From positions 51,462,001-51,526,000 of the forward strand of contig CM052816.1 of assembly GCA_028534125.1 (NCBI GenBank): a DNA stretch of 64,000 nucleotides, in the 5' to 3' direction. Below, piece by piece: positions 62,345 through 64,000 of the stretch. Every line of letters starts with the position of its first letter. Positions within the stretch are counted from its first letter, which is position 1. The notes beneath the pieces were generated by a model. The model was not told the DNA's origin. It worked only from the letters and a program-made list of their open reading frames with translations, and did not search any database. Made by a program: the position numbers and the translations under genes. Source of the stretch: Lama glama. Its lineage: Eukaryota.

Positions 62345-62409
62345 TGTCACCCATATTTGGGTGACGGGACCCCTGAGGAAACACAGCTGTCACCCAGATT
62401 TGGGTGACA
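62345..62409. repeat. Two copies of a self-palindromic 21-bp unit separated by 22 bp
   Basis: tGTCACCCA-tatt-TGGGTGAC (62345-62365) and TGTCACCCA-gatt-TGGGTGACA (62388-62409). Confidence 0.9.
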
Positions 62410-64000
62410 TTGCAATCAATGTGTTAGGTACATTATAAGTTTTTAGACTTAAAAAATCAGTTGATTATTCTTAATTTTAGTTGCTCCTGGAAAATTGTGT
62501 AAAATAAACATAATTTAAACTACATATCTGGTATTTAGTATTAAAGCACTTTTGTGTTTCCTTAGTTTACCGCTTAAAATTTCTTAATGGGTATCAGCTG
62601 TGTAATGTTTTCTGTTAATAGATTCTTCAAGAATTTTAATATATTAGTGGCTTTTAAAAACTTCAGTATTTTATATGGAGATTAATAAGAGAATAATAGA
62701 AAGTGAGTTAAACAAATTTCCAGATTTTTTTAAATCTCCCATAGCACTGAGCATAAGAGTGTTCATATATATAGATACTGTCTATGTGTGCTGTTGGATG
62801 GCTAGTGGGATGGCTGTGTAAATGGATGAGTGGATAAATTAATATATTCAGATTTGTTTTTATACATATTATATAAACATGCATGTTTTACATATAGATA
62901 TGTAAATATACACATTTATGCATATACAAGTTGGTTTATATATAGATATTTTATGTCTACATATAAAATATATATTGTTTTGGATAGTTTGGATAAGAGC
63001 TTTCCAAGGTGTGTACCATTGAAAATGGTATGGCAGGGAAACGGAAGCTGGTGATTCTATTTCAGAAGACTTGTAGGTACCTGGGAAAGCATATGTAAGA
63101 TGACAGTTTTTACAAAAGTTAGTGAACTAAGGATAGTGAAAGCCTGCCATACCCGCCACCAGCTGTCATCATGCCATCATTAATTATATACCACGGTGGA
63201 AGGCTTGAGACAGGAGCACAAAAGAGCACCAAATGACTAAGGAGAATCACTGACCCTCCACCTCATTGCTTAGGTAACATAGACACACCACTGCCACTTT
63301 GTGACCGCAGTCATCATGTGACCATTTCACATGGTGCGGGTCGCATGGCTTTTTGTCTGGCTTGGGTATTCACTCTCTGCCTCAGCTCCCAGTTTTCTGT
63401 TCACATGTTGAAGAAACTAAAACAGTGGAAATAGCCAGGTACTCTTGGCATTTATTCATTTTAGGTAGCCAATATTTTTAGCACTTCCTCAGTATATTTA
63501 TTATACAAGAAAACGTAACAAATATAATGAAGCAAAAAAATGTAGACTTTGTCAAAGGGTACAAGAAAAAGCTTGGCACCAAATTCTGGATCTGTGGATT
63601 GGGGAAAAAAAAAAACTTGTTTAAAATAAACTGAAAGATAATATGAAATAAGCTGACCTTATTAAGCTCTTTTTTGGTTTTTCTCTTTTTAGAGAAAACA
63701 TTGATAAACATTAATAAATCCAATGTTTTCTGTTGCTTGGAAAGTAAACACAAAGACTTAGCTTCAGTGCTTAACAGTTCAGTGAAAGTGGAATTGAATT
63801 TAAACAATTGAATTTTAAAATCATTATTTTGACTTTTTTCCTTGGAAATATGTATTGTGTTTCCCTCTGGACCTCCTCAGATAACCTGATGTGTTTCTCT
63901 TGGCCCTCAGAATCACTGTATCAGTACCAAAATTTGTGTGTCCATCTGACAGACACTGCAGATAATGGTTAAAGATGCCTGCACTTTGGGGGTCAGTCCT

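Larger units (their letters stand above)
23505..64000 (+). other. SSBP2: SSBP2 intron 1 (partial, runs off the window)
   Basis: Donor GTAAGT at 23505-23510. I found no sequence encoding the exon-2 peptide LALYVYEYLLHVGAQK downstream (the N gap cannot be read). The region is AT-rich and repeat-rich, consistent with a very long first intron. Confidence 0.85.

Noticed and set aside
62345..62409. CRISPR-like palindromic repeat-spacer-repeat (also the 37-bp repeat at 7526)
   Set aside because: Only two units, mammalian intron context and no cas genes; not a CRISPR array.

Overview
Mammalian genomic DNA, probably a camelid given two tRNA-derived SINEs of the Vic-1 type; it is not prokaryotic. The window holds the 5' end of SSBP2 (single-stranded DNA-binding protein 2, an LDB1 cofactor) on the + strand. 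About 22 kb of upstream intergenic DNA precede a CpG-island promoter (~22.4-24.9 kb). Coding exon 1 (23443-23504, [21 protein letters not shown], then a GTAAGT donor) is followed by 40.5 kb of intron 1, which includes a 500-N assembly gap; I did not find exon 2. The rest is largely old interspersed repeats (MIR, L2, L1/HAL1, MaLR and ERVL LTRs, MER5/MER8 DNA transposons). Repeat family names are from remembered consensus sequences and their boundaries are approximate. I see no evidence of a new protein-coding system. The most notable unexplained structures are a doubled palindrome with CArG boxes at 62345-62409, a strong-Kozak uORF pair in frame with the SSBP2 start, a CpG-retaining RUNX/GATA/ETS motif patch at ~9.5 kb, and a perfect 18-bp duplication creating nuclear-receptor sites at 8354-8389.
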